A DNA stretch of 64,000 bases from a virus. How positions within the stretch are numbered: position 1 is the first letter of the stretch; each line of letters opens with the position of its first letter. Location: the IMG/VR virus record IMGVR_UViG_3300036406_001149. One strand, written 5' to 3'. Below are positions 15,901-22,530 of this stretch, piece after piece. A model generated the notes under the pieces. It did not search any database. It was not told where the DNA came from and saw only the letters and a program-made list of their open reading frames with translations. Both the position numbers and the translations under genes were made by a program.

Positions 15901-18308
15901 GTTCACTAAATCTAGGTAATCTTAAGAATTTACCACCAACAGTAGCTCAAGAAATATTTAAACAATTAAGCGCTAATCGTTTAGCTTGGATAACTGATTT
16001 TAATTTTGATTCACTAAACTCTCTGGACCAATCTTCCGCTAACCTGTTCAAAGAACACATGGCTAGTCGTATTTCTGCAAAGGGTTTAACAGAACCCCCT
16101 ATGTCATTAGTCAAATATTTTGTTGATAATGCTCTTGAAGATTCCGGAGGTGGTTCATCCACAGATCTGTCGTCTCCAACTATTGGGGGTCGTTTCCTTA
16201 CAGGCATTGATTTAACACCAATGATAAAAGAGTATTATAGTCAATTAGATCCAGACAAATTTGGACAACAATTTGGTCAAGATAAATTAAAATTAGAAGA
16301 TATGGAACAAACATCAGCTAGTAGTATTTTTAGTGAATTATCATCTGGTAATTTTACTAATCCTTATGTATCCTCTAATTTAGCTAAAATTAAGACCATT
16401 ATACAGAGAAATCCTGAGCAAAAAGATGATTTAGAAAATATTATTGCCCGAACGGGAGCATTAGATCTTAATGGTCTTTCTAAAATAGAGGATTCTGCAT
16501 TAAAAGATTTATTAGATTTTTGTGTAGATCAGAATTTGCCCATAGGTGCGGTATCATTTGGAGCAGATAAATTTAATGGTCAGTTAATAGATCTAATGTC
16601 TAGTTATAGAGATATTATATCATTATTTATTTATGGAACTGATATTAATCAATCTCTGGCTGATGGTATAGGAAGATCAACTCTTGGTGATATACATCTA
16701 CAAGAGATGCAGAATATGTCATTGGGAACAGCAAGATCATTATCATTATTTAGTGGTAAATTAAGTATGCATAGTCTAGAGTCTGTAGATGAGGCGGCAT
16801 TGAGAATTTTTGCAGAAGCTGGAACAGAGATTTTTCCCCGAGAATTATTAGCTCAACTAGCCAATAAACCACCAGTACAAAATAGAGCAAATGGAGGTTT
16901 AATTTATGCTAGTCAAGGAACACTAGTCAATTATCAGCCTCGTGGTACCGATACTGTTCCCGCCATGTTAACTCCGGGTGAATTTGTTATTAACAGAGAA
17001 GCAACTCAACAGAACCTAGGATTATTACAAGCTATTAATAAAGGACAAGATATAACAAATCATTTATCAGATGGAGGGATAGTTAATCCTATCTATAGAC
17101 CGGGAGGCGGACCAGTAGGTATGAGTTACAAAGAAATATTAGCTGAACGAGAAGCTAATTATAAGAAACAACAAGCAGACAGAAGACAGGCCTATAAGGA
17201 TCAAAGAGGTTTAAATCAAGCAGGATTGAGTAGATTAGCTATGTTCATAGTAAATCAAATTAATACTAATCCTAATTTATTTGAAGAACTTAATAACGAC
17301 GCTATAAAAGAGGATTTATCAGCTGACACTATTGCTCAAAATTATATTCAAGAATTCCAAAAAATTGCAGACCCAGCACAAAGATATAATACAGCTAAGG
17401 GTAGATATGTTCAACAGACTAATCGCTTTAATTATCTAAAAACTATAATACAAAATACAAAGGGGGCTTTAACACAACTTAAAGATAAAGATAAAAACTA
17501 TAAAATACCACAAAGAGGTAATATTACCCTAGGCACGATCCTAGACACCCAATTCCAAACTGCTTCACAAGAAGCCTCTATCATGGATCAAGTTTGGCAA
17601 AAAATTGGTAATACTTTCCCAGAATTTAAAAATCAAGATCCAACACGAGGTCAACAATTTGTTCCTCCAGCAGCCATGATGAACAAGGGAGGAGTTGTTT
17701 ATGCTAGTAATGGCATGTTGGTTAACTATCAACCACAAGGATCAGATACTGTACCAGCAATGCTAACTCCTGGTGAGTTTGTTGTTAACCGAAATGCAGC
17801 ACAAAAACATTTAGGCTTATTACAAGGAATAAATAATGGATATTATTCTGGTGGAGGAAGAGTCAAATATTTGGCTGATGGTACTCCAGGTACAGATGTA
17901 TTACAACAGAATATCGCTCAACTTAGTTCCGTTCTGCAACTAGGGGCCGAAAGTATTAATGCCTCATTGACTGGTTTGTCAACAACGCTTAACGGCATAA
18001 GAGAAAATCTATCTGGCGGTAATACGGACAATCGTGTTAGTGGTGTATCTAATAATACAAACAACAACCCTATTGCTGCTATAAATGCTCTTGGGACTAA
18101 ATTAGACCAATTTATCGAACGCCTACAAACAGCATTGCCACCAGTAATTAATGTTAAATTAACTCAGGATCAACCTATAAATGTTACAATTAATGGAGCA
18201 AATGTCTTGCAAAATCTTCTGTCAGGACCAATTGGTGGTATCATTCAGAATGCTATTCAATCAGCTTTTGATGCTCGTAGTAGAACTAGCGAAGGGTCTT
18301 CTTCATAA
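915..18308 (+). CDS. Giant tape measure protein (5797 aa) carrying multiple inserted enzyme/toxin-like domains
   Basis: N-terminal TP901-type tape measure core (about 1390-2170: EFDKQLTRLSQVT...LATSLGVSSSELANVSVTLAQAG...AKFAVEASDLITAIQRTGG). Long Ala/Gly/Gln helical stretches. RBS GGAG at 902-905. Position between chaperone and tail-tip genes. Confidence 0.9.
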   Translation: MASTFNLTAQLNLRGPANIRAVVANIRRQIGTIDANVNIVVNPAAVRNSTALNTALVRLNTTLQTTTVNATSAANAINALVASMTSASSLRPPPALVNMPGTLASIGDAARPIGTTIETATGEITNFGRQAGLAVRRFSAFAATTGIIYSFTNAINSGLKAYIEFDKQLTRLSQVTEESRSGLTGLTNNITSLATSLGVSSSELANVSVTLAQAGLSAQDTSKALKALALSALAPSFDQLNDTVEGSIALMRQFGISAGDLEGALGSINSVAAKFAVEASDLITAIQRTGGVFASASRGVSEGTDALNEFLAIFTSIRATTRESAETIATGLRTIFTRIQRAETIDALKEFGVVLTDLEGKFVGPFVAVQRLAEGLGRLDPRDLKFSQIVEELGGFRQIGKVLPLIQQFATAQEALAVAQAGQGSLATDAAKGQLALAVQIQKVREEFAALIRSIGETDSFRTMITLGLDLASALIKVADATKGVLPLVGLMAAFKGISGITQFATGFAGGLRGTPATQTRRFATGGYVPGSGNSDTVPARLTPGEFVIRKKAVEAIGVGKLQALNRNAGGPISIQRSSIGRGPVQKFSVGGSPETQTNNELTTHRTHIGPKIALSPKQAKLARSYGYSQSYAALGAERQIDFAPYLPAVWNEQWRRGGSNKGVALSEILNYVNPRSPEQLFGRGGIPSLLYNKLSRRNQLLPLKNVFLSGLRAAPSLIQKDSQLDFILPNYIKPFLDSLDLWSPLAEKQTLTIPRKFSGTDVFKTLLDKGVLKTKVRTTTPGIRKSLAQDLGNTFANGGSIRAFAEAGAVSATGGKPATASEILRVLGAQKAAAAGGISSTDVYTLLKKQKLTPEQEASKKAIFAEFTKQQNRLSGAQKAKTTRAESKGLVFGAAGMMGSAFAPINKTINSNLLKSPVSVRIVSGLMNPDTAASLDQSFSSSVNKTAKQAAKKVMVADILSNLGLGRELNLDFDRTLAFGADKVLADPKTPKFAEFGDRTKVAAALKGAKLSLLGRELVGMVSKKPELLSSLRLITARPSSTLDLVHQWLSSQGLPIPLSQFKGLGGPGVSGSQIAKLKAELLSPGSVFVDDDVRNVKAAKARSTEGITSYRYGNRKSIKNTNADATAQGVIFERMIEQLGGPSALKGQGLDFPNGLKGAAKYFNIPGNIPTDAKRTISGPSTVEDNIVTYLKNVKGYNLGGVVQKFASGGLSKPLDTLERYYTDATPINLGLSNSKSLNKEDRKQLASDVRNLRKLRTEAPEELYTSISRNAFDKFAMDTGLNKNPDIPQGTKFNAKQAYYAPEVAKIIGKTFSLPGFISTSKNYAVAKSFLDNAPRAKDNWAAMLTVKTKKNAQGVDVAEQLKDRKINVTKQDINPRTGKTETFFMKQPNEENEFMLSPRSKFRVNTAKYVDLMGRHNLWANVQQYATGGSVQDTVPALLTPGEFVINKKAASSLGSSRLHTLNRADKIKGFNKGGPVGTVQNFAAGGAVQRFFFGGGPRVPARPGAQASFENLRIPDGVVTGLGQMIDALEELGVRSSDSANILRRGGQISVEAATRAYEADILRLRVSGAPMRTVIEAETRLANIRQQAAAQVRAQRQLAGVNGGQLETIDYDAQQNLQAMIQRRQASGRDLDDTFMRRAESVSYGRAAQRAGLSPTQTAGLSGNDLRQYINTAMGDPRTFEQMNRAFETRRRAELTRQLTAEGRFGGDRNRILEEARRMAQQEARIRRDTLNETRGASGPGRTGIGSQAMMTGAFGIQMFGGILAQGIDRKSSAESAGLAAGLETATTGLGTGLMLYSQLDEMSKGLSNVNTTLGRFGSGLTRVAARLTALGAAAFTIVSTIKDVVNAMNQFDIDLQKQKLEFSMKGVEQEFERLRKAANNIGFDRLNSALESASKAFASALDRVSKQSTITFTNLLDYIYTSMPYFGTGDTEGFDKRSEIERLGGKKAYYASRSDERSLADEYKKIIPQLAQEQAALGKALSDSLLESFKERAYKGESFQDIVNDPNFKSFAESLANADAVIRQRILELENSGLDGAVIEKEKKRIIDAAAQEKTRQQVLITIRDKEAKSVQRFTAVYTGSLIRMFRNMEQAIAATSFSLQQMQQSIDGNIAALNGQASLQSTELGLSNVLNNPRSYNDFQGSQARATAGGFFGPSSNIVQSLLSVGETAESTVMKTVNSVLAQNPEANDEVISMKIDANLRQALKDLGLPPELSEKIAEQVGRAVGELRKSGEDKVSFSEIQDKVASLSKVLDTAQNVQGIVSKALESFGAALDSYRNNINKTIDLEISRRDKLRRADDILVNANVELAKVLGKTIDLDQSRQRLQNKTKSFTGGSVDPREIFNSILDLDALRRRQESSRAQVAERGPAGVPDFARLSNNVKDTSIALRENISGLKLLAESTEFASDAMQKMQDAQQRIGGKVSFIEKLVTSTPEELSGLNMSFVRLQRNMNGQINTINNSIGAQKAYREALNNGANVFEAMKSAQAAFANERKDTLGVLQDLLPFLGDSKQGSNVRANVLESMLQESGIGITPMFMDVLNSLRNPEVDPAVSAALAYYNEANALQAQANRYLANLEGTLAQDIADRSAKALSLALSKTQLTFVNAHLADIAAGINRLAPLQPQGKASGGIIYAAAGQMVDFSAKGTDTVPAMLTPGEFVVNRQATSRNRGLLESINSNKYSKGGKVRYYDKGGFVHDLGDETIFTKSARQSTTEIIDLNTPAAIAGLTKAKSALYQAPTVYTFLNSPKQTPKADDNTLTLDLKDLEPDAGTRVVPGMGPILMKYTDEEGATKVDYQIWDRAEAALSRFAGIKDEKSFFHTDGSDSLSTIKLNELELEKYKKKAKDNNIDWSLAKYNLDLNNFGSMPFPSDFTGDGDKFATTIVKGKSLGIAKERQAGAGPALSDERKNMYKIWKPKRGGETDVVSTNFPNFAMGTPYASTDFEQKREAGTSLVMSNWEKDVIAFDKLGALKDSNDESYQKYENTANFLRAPAFDDKGKVDAKTLEIQNQLSKLYNGSVGEIFPGADVISRYFDQLRITGTANSLAIFNPGAVPALNKTIEELAANPIIAKNRDLMFSGAGLKATDAAGNALPFVDPGPPQGIRIKELDDLGAIRQRSKAFPYVINGKLDDLDPVLRQQLEAQLAAANPGDIKMTRLPEENLAVPVPAAWGLQQLLGGNPNMDLKIAYDEWEGKLYDPINKQFEPAATKLFLPSNTGGTLFEGINPAILDKRRIGLFPGAKYTPADINKALNAVALPNADVQKYINSILTDPTKPDGAAKTNLQKAMIGQLDSSFIKSLEMVFPGLDTLVSPVSNQPFGIEMGEHILSQIDRVRARAGNQADSIANKGFKNLTVDDQNIPEALRRMSKSALQIFGRARVPGTRNGWLASYIGKVPNLQKINAGQAKNISGYAANVMENFGGYLSSISNSIRRPDQFQYLKEVYTVASGAAKAFAGLASGDTGLLAQFNMVGSDYMSLFRTLGGTMLMSRLSGLQLSPDWQNILGAQIQNGLVRTVSPNGTLGRQQMVDAIPTDLMGLIKLLFNPYNEFADVNTRKDLMDKFVNDISSFKGSNGLPYFDQFTLKYLVDRVNVLKEWYGGNPGWVGQDFLFDKVGNPDNVARSNTFQASLAANLPLRSQANIAHTTLGLAKTFGELPDQNWFGGRVVQGFQTGGVVNSVAAQSGGMINFQPRGTDTVPAMLTPGEFVINRQAAQSNLPLLQQINSGKAYSRGGVVYAQFGGEIDQNVGVGTDEQMMRDQEMKAGYEAKIRRENRANKIATITEAMEKYPQLILDLRDTVRPVTVFDMMSTNKFKTTTKFDEAIARVRLQDPVLAKELFSHRLTVPGIVSSLHEELDNYKRISGFDGKYGTWDDTEFLDDISMTLAGLGLIPAIGNIFDLASIPIDLLRGDTTSAGLSSLSLIEGVGQAAGATKMANLATASTAGMAGIFATRAANKGINYEGASNIFDLINKIKANSNLDPASRRLKILDTLQTALSGKTNSAKATEAYEKAITDLRILGQGHPDSKGINDLIQLLDKTAYPAQGSKGAGIGKYLFNKTTATAAVAVAALAYYASLDKKNVDQATRKQASEEEIEASIPDVSGKQVTAQESDDVRKGVATPEVKEKVEKWKEKTASPEDKDAAEKLAAIEKIIERYPVNDIKGNPSRIGPVKQKTLEKTYPDLSQRLRVYEQTERDLKDDPSLVHRARGGMIYANNGMMIPYSPRGTDTVPAMLTPGEFVVNRASTQANLPLLQAINNNQVISSIKGFTNGGIVYAADGGTIPTKPDGSADTNFNARKAKRTAYLQRQIEKEEKAEFIDKLGILYNDTTDKQDIIEALKKQRDYKSKIDYYLRQFSVDNQLGIRLKRFPRISEASKSILAKEQQPKANPFDQGQQPAATPQSLSRGGVIYAAEGFDPSRPLNPMMNRHGKGPTSTLPQQPITNFDSEKLAEEGKAFIYGAAKSVLPGLAGLGAGVLGLPTTGFGGFALAGLASAATYQAQENYLNALAPETNRQMKDTTEEHWQSSLLGSMVGGFGADRIGRNLLGSSIKNTVRIPSLRPNNNASVRPDMKSAGQEALEEFSLRSRPAMSAPLDVPKASKTMSLFHASNTGLENSILKSFQKEGGKSSIAKGYGQGQGLYTYTSREAAEKHARSIIKGNMLTGADARGKPMIVKFDETLDPSRFDLDYELNAGYVTKWLYDHFDDVQKILSDQKNPMLLERMMDPGAMGREAQKGIRTSVPTAIGGLDFLEQRATGLAPRKWIYGSQTDYTTRDGEILSRIMSAVGKRDPKLLAKFKEGFFETMPAESAIKYTGSDNLMPSNIDVLAKARGGIIYASTGTLVNYQPRGTDTVPAMLTPGEFVVNRAATQKHLPLLKSINSGGTATGYSNGGPVYLAAGGVADFEDAQFVPSATAKNRAQAKAKAQQKQQERKQEIEKNKQARQNQDVDRLEGITEVRVKNGVDKISALTVNEVKALFKNKDFITSLENNSSLNLGNLKNLPPTVAQEIFKQLSANRLAWITDFNFDSLNSLDQSSANLFKEHMASRISAKGLTEPPMSLVKYFVDNALEDSGGGSSTDLSSPTIGGRFLTGIDLTPMIKEYYSQLDPDKFGQQFGQDKLKLEDMEQTSASSIFSELSSGNFTNPYVSSNLAKIKTIIQRNPEQKDDLENIIARTGALDLNGLSKIEDSALKDLLDFCVDQNLPIGAVSFGADKFNGQLIDLMSSYRDIISLFIYGTDINQSLADGIGRSTLGDIHLQEMQNMSLGTARSLSLFSGKLSMHSLESVDEAALRIFAEAGTEIFPRELLAQLANKPPVQNRANGGLIYASQGTLVNYQPRGTDTVPAMLTPGEFVINREATQQNLGLLQAINKGQDITNHLSDGGIVNPIYRPGGGPVGMSYKEILAEREANYKKQQADRRQAYKDQRGLNQAGLSRLAMFIVNQINTNPNLFEELNNDAIKEDLSADTIAQNYIQEFQKIADPAQRYNTAKGRYVQQTNRFNYLKTIIQNTKGALTQLKDKDKNYKIPQRGNITLGTILDTQFQTASQEASIMDQVWQKIGNTFPEFKNQDPTRGQQFVPPAAMMNKGGVVYASNGMLVNYQPQGSDTVPAMLTPGEFVVNRNAAQKHLGLLQGINNGYYSGGGRVKYLADGTPGTDVLQQNIAQLSSVLQLGAESINASLTGLSTTLNGIRENLSGGNTDNRVSGVSNNTNNNPIAAINALGTKLDQFIERLQTALPPVINVKLTQDQPINVTINGANVLQNLLSGPIGGIIQNAIQSAFDARSRTSEGSSS
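2481..17835 (+). repeat. Eight dispersed copies of a 30-50 aa coding repeat, GG(x)n-G(T/S)DTVPAMLTPGEFV(V/I)N(R/K)xA
   Basis: The Asp codon of DTVPA is at nt 2520, 5223, 8880, 12015, 13614, 15480, 16950 and 17745, all in frame with the TMP. Copies 3-8 extend to GG(I/M/L/V)(I/V)YA...(Y/F)xP(R/Q)G and ...(N/H)LxLLxxIN. Confidence 0.95.
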
Positions 18309-18325
18309 TCCAAAGGTAAAATATT

Positions 18326-21136
18326 ATGGTTATATATTATGATAATAATATAGGTAATACATCTAGTAGTACTGGTACGAATAATTTCTTATTAGGTACT
18401 GCATTACCATACTACAATAGTTTAACAGGATTACTTAATAAATATATACCATATTATATTAAACATGATACATTAACAGAATGGGAGTATGGTTTAGGAT
18501 ATATTGTTAATATAGGAGGGGAAAATGTTTTAGTTAGAGGAGAGGATAATTCATACGAAACTGCCATATATTCATCTTCTAATAATAATAGCAAAGTTAT
18601 TTTTTCTGCTGGTACTAAATCTGTAGTAGCCATTATTAGTGCTGAAAGAATTAATCACGGAGGTAATAATTATGTAACAAAAACTTCTAATTTTTATGTA
18701 GATCCAGTACAAACAGTTTATGGGATACAACCAACAGGAACAAATATAACAGCTTATCTGCCATTAGCATCTGGCAACAAAAACCTAGTAGTTGGTTTCA
18801 GACTACTCAATGGTTCTCTTAATAACCTAATCATATCCCCTTCTGGATCAGACCTGATAGATGGATCAGGATCTGTTACACTAAATCCTAACACACAGTA
18901 TACATCGCTAATATCTAATAATTCTGGATGGGTACAGCTAAATCGAAATATTAATATTGATGCTGCCGGATTACCTGATGGTAGTCAAGGAAATATTCAA
19001 TTTAAAAATAATAGTACCGATTTTGCAGGAGATAATGATTTACATTGGGACATAAACAATAAACTATTATTAGTTGGAGGAGCAACGTCTGGTAATGCCA
19101 ATATTATTTTACCAGCCGATTCGGGACATACTACGATCTTTAATAAACAAGCATTTAATAATGATTTTCAAGTTAAAGGAACAGGTAATAATCAGCTGTA
19201 CTTTGATGCATCATCTGGTAAGTTTGGCATAAATACACAAACACCAACAACCATTTTACATATTGTTGGTAGGTGCGCTAATGACACAATGAAGCTAGAA
19301 AGCTCCACAAATTGTGCCACCGGAGTAGCACTAACCCTATATCATAATCCTCTTAGCGGCTCTGAAGTAGGAGATTTTCCAGCCACTATTAATTTTGCTG
19401 GTAGAGATAGTAATGGCCAACAGATTAATTATGGTAGAGTTAGGTCCAGAATCTTAGGAACATTAATTAATCAAACTAGTGGAGAACTTGTTCTAAGTGT
19501 AGATTATTTAGGTGCAGAAAAAAATATTATTACTGTTAGTCCAGTTAGAACTACATTAGGAGTTAATTCAAATACTTCTGAATTACATAATATATCTATA
19601 GGTAATTTTATTGTTAATAGTGGATCTAATAATATAGTAGTTGGACAATCAGCTAATATTTCAGATATAAATTCTACAAACAATATTATTCTATCTAACA
19701 GCGGGTCTTTTAAAGGAAATAATTCTTTTATAGCAGGAAGCAACACCCCCTCGTCAGGTACAAATATTTATGTTTTAGGTAGTAATACTAGGGCAACCGG
19801 GATAAACCTATTCAATATCGGTTCTGATAATACTCTTAATGGTTCCAATATTATTAATTGTGGATATTCTAACAATACCAGCGGAGCATCAGTATTCGCA
19901 TTAGGAAAAAATAACACAGTAACAAATGCTATTTCTGGCATAGCTATAGGATTCAACAACACTGTTCAAAGCGGCATTTCTTTTGGGTCAGACATTACTG
20001 CTATAGGTTACAATATAACATGCGGATCATTAATAATATCATCTGGAGTTAATAATACTGTACTTGGTATCTACACTGATGCAATAGGATTGAACAACAC
20101 AGCGGTTGGATCTGGGCATTATATTCTCGGAACAGGCAATATTGTTTTTGGAGAAAATGTAGCAACAACCGGTACCAATAATATTATTATTGGAAATAAC
20201 TTAGATATTGTAGATAGCAATAGTGTTGTGATAGGTATTGATGATCCTTCTATTGTTATTAATAGTGGTAATATAGCTATAAACTCTGGACTATCTCCTG
20301 TAAACATTAGTCTCTACGGAAGTAGTGCTCAATCTGGTTTATTTTTAAGAAATAATAAAGTAGGTATTAATAATTTACCATCTGATCCATATGTATTAGA
20401 TGTATTGGGTTCTGGTAAAATGAATCATCTTTATACAGAAACATTACGAGTTGGATCAAATACAAGTAGTAATTATATCTTAGTATCAGACACATCAGGT
20501 AATGCCACATGGCAGTCTCCATCTATTTTTGAACAAAATTTTACGGATAACTTAACAGTCAATGGACTAGTGTCCTATGACGGAAACACTTTTGTATCAA
20601 CAACTGGTTTGTTCTGGAGTCAAACTAGTGGTATTTTATATACTACTAATAATAATACTATTATTCCAACAGGAAATAATACTTTTGTTATTAACAATAA
20701 TCAACAAGCATTATCTAATTTATTTAATATCAAAGGTTCAATACGTCCAGATTTATTAGTAGTTAATAGTAATGTAGATAGAATAGGTATTAATAATAAT
20801 AATCCTCTTAGAACGATAGATGCTTCTGGTACTTTTAGAGTATATAAAGATTCATTGAATTATATTGAAAAAAATGACAATCAATTCATTGTAGCTTATG
20901 ATAATGGAGTAGCTCAATCTAATAAATTAGTATTCACCTCATCAGGTATTTATGTTGAACAGACAGTTGCTAGTCCACAAATATTGCCAGAGCACACGTT
21001 TGTTTCTACATATCCTACTACAGTAAATGTTGAATTAGTTAGAGACTTAGTATTTGATACTAATGATAATAAATTAAAGTATAGAACATCCACATTAGCT
21101 GGCTTTGGGGCCTTTAACGGAAATTCAGATTCCTAG
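18326..21136 (+). CDS. Tail fibre / adhesin-like virion protein (936 aa)
   Basis: N-terminal TGTNNFLLG...YYIKH...EWEYGLG resembles phage fibre anchor domains. Several GINxxxP..LDVxG-type fibre repeats. Central short Asn/Ile/Gly repeats (NIVVG, NNIIL, NSFIAGSN, NIYVLGSN) typical of YadA-like beta-roll heads. Confidence 0.7.
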   Translation: MVIYYDNNIGNTSSSTGTNNFLLGTALPYYNSLTGLLNKYIPYYIKHDTLTEWEYGLGYIVNIGGENVLVRGEDNSYETAIYSSSNNNSKVIFSAGTKSVVAIISAERINHGGNNYVTKTSNFYVDPVQTVYGIQPTGTNITAYLPLASGNKNLVVGFRLLNGSLNNLIISPSGSDLIDGSGSVTLNPNTQYTSLISNNSGWVQLNRNINIDAAGLPDGSQGNIQFKNNSTDFAGDNDLHWDINNKLLLVGGATSGNANIILPADSGHTTIFNKQAFNNDFQVKGTGNNQLYFDASSGKFGINTQTPTTILHIVGRCANDTMKLESSTNCATGVALTLYHNPLSGSEVGDFPATINFAGRDSNGQQINYGRVRSRILGTLINQTSGELVLSVDYLGAEKNIITVSPVRTTLGVNSNTSELHNISIGNFIVNSGSNNIVVGQSANISDINSTNNIILSNSGSFKGNNSFIAGSNTPSSGTNIYVLGSNTRATGINLFNIGSDNTLNGSNIINCGYSNNTSGASVFALGKNNTVTNAISGIAIGFNNTVQSGISFGSDITAIGYNITCGSLIISSGVNNTVLGIYTDAIGLNNTAVGSGHYILGTGNIVFGENVATTGTNNIIIGNNLDIVDSNSVVIGIDDPSIVINSGNIAINSGLSPVNISLYGSSAQSGLFLRNNKVGINNLPSDPYVLDVLGSGKMNHLYTETLRVGSNTSSNYILVSDTSGNATWQSPSIFEQNFTDNLTVNGLVSYDGNTFVSTTGLFWSQTSGILYTTNNNTIIPTGNNTFVINNNQQALSNLFNIKGSIRPDLLVVNSNVDRIGINNNNPLRTIDASGTFRVYKDSLNYIEKNDNQFIVAYDNGVAQSNKLVFTSSGIYVEQTVASPQILPEHTFVSTYPTTVNVELVRDLVFDTNDNKLKYRTSTLAGFGAFNGNSDS

Positions 21137-21145
21137 GAGTAAAAC

Positions 21146-22507
21146 ATGTCGAAACACTTACACAGAACAAATAGAACAACAAGCAACACTCCTATTGGAG
21201 GAGAATTAGAAGAAGGAGAAATTGCACTAGGTATTTCCACCTTAGGGACATCGACTAATGGTTTTAATAATGGTAGATTATATATAAAATTAGCTAATGG
21301 AGATGTTAAAAGATTTATCGGATTAGGTCTTCCTGGCACAACAGATGAAACCTTAAAAACAAAATATGGAGGCACGAATAATAATTTCTCTACAGCCTCA
21401 GTCCCTACTGTCAATAATACTAAAAATTTAGTTTATTTTAATTATGATGCAAATTTAAATCATAGCTTAGCATCAGTGTCAAATGATACTTTATTATGGA
21501 ATGTATCTACCAATAGACTATCCATCAATCGTAGTACCGCAGCAACATGTACTTTAGATGTCGGAGGAGACCTTCGTGTTCAAACTATTCCGGATTGGAC
21601 AAGTTCATTCTCTAGTACATTTAATATTTTAGGACAAAATGAATCAGATGAAAAAATTTATGGAATACCATCTAATACTTTTTTAAGCTACCTCTCCAAT
21701 AATAGTCTCCCTTCATCAAGGATATCTGGTGTTGTTGGATTAGATAAAGGAGGAACCAATACTGATTTTACAGCATTTGGCGCCCCATCTAACGGAAGTG
21801 TTATGTTCTATAGCACAGCAACATCAGGCTTTATAACCAATCCTAATTTTACATGGAATACTTCTTCTAACATACTAACTATCGCTGGATCAGTTATACA
21901 TAATGCCGCTACTGATACATCTAACAACGCCTCCCTTGTTGGTTTAGATGCAACGAATAAATTAGTTAGATTAACAGCCAACAATACTAATAATCTTGGT
22001 TTTAGTACTTTAGCTGTAAGTGGACAGAGTAGCGTCGTAGCAGACAGTAATACGGGTACCGTGACCCTCATTCCCGGAGGTGGCATAAACATAACAACTA
22101 ATAACACAGCTGATACCATAACCATATCTAGTGCTTCTCAGACTATAAGAGAGGTTTATTCGGCTAGTTTATTAGGTAACCTTACCATTAATACTTTTAG
22201 TGAGTTTAGATATCTATTCTTAGATCCTAATGGAGCAAATCGTAATGTGTTCTTAAGTACGACAGGAGCAACGCTGTCAAATGGAACAGACTTAGTAATA
22301 CAAAACACAGAGAGTAATTTATCTGATAATTATCTTAATGTATATAGTGGAACAGGTACAGCGTTATTGATAGCAACTTTATACCAAGATTATGGTGATG
22401 GAATAACAGATAGAACTAAATCTTCATGGTTTGTATTTGATGGAACCAACTGGAGATCTGCTCTAGAACAGCATCATTATGCACCATATAGTCCATCGGT
22501 ACCATAA
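21146..22507 (+). CDS. Tail fibre-like protein (453 aa)
   Basis: N-terminus RTNRTTSNTPIGGELEEGEIAL...GRLYIK matches a common fibre N-terminal motif. Ser/Thr/Asn-rich beta segments. RBS AGGAG. Confidence 0.6.
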   Translation: MSKHLHRTNRTTSNTPIGGELEEGEIALGISTLGTSTNGFNNGRLYIKLANGDVKRFIGLGLPGTTDETLKTKYGGTNNNFSTASVPTVNNTKNLVYFNYDANLNHSLASVSNDTLLWNVSTNRLSINRSTAATCTLDVGGDLRVQTIPDWTSSFSSTFNILGQNESDEKIYGIPSNTFLSYLSNNSLPSSRISGVVGLDKGGTNTDFTAFGAPSNGSVMFYSTATSGFITNPNFTWNTSSNILTIAGSVIHNAATDTSNNASLVGLDATNKLVRLTANNTNNLGFSTLAVSGQSSVVADSNTGTVTLIPGGGINITTNNTADTITISSASQTIREVYSASLLGNLTINTFSEFRYLFLDPNGANRNVFLSTTGATLSNGTDLVIQNTESNLSDNYLNVYSGTGTALLIATLYQDYGDGITDRTKSSWFVFDGTNWRSALEQHHYAPYSPSVP

Positions 22508-22530
22508 TATAATAAACTTAGGACTAATTT

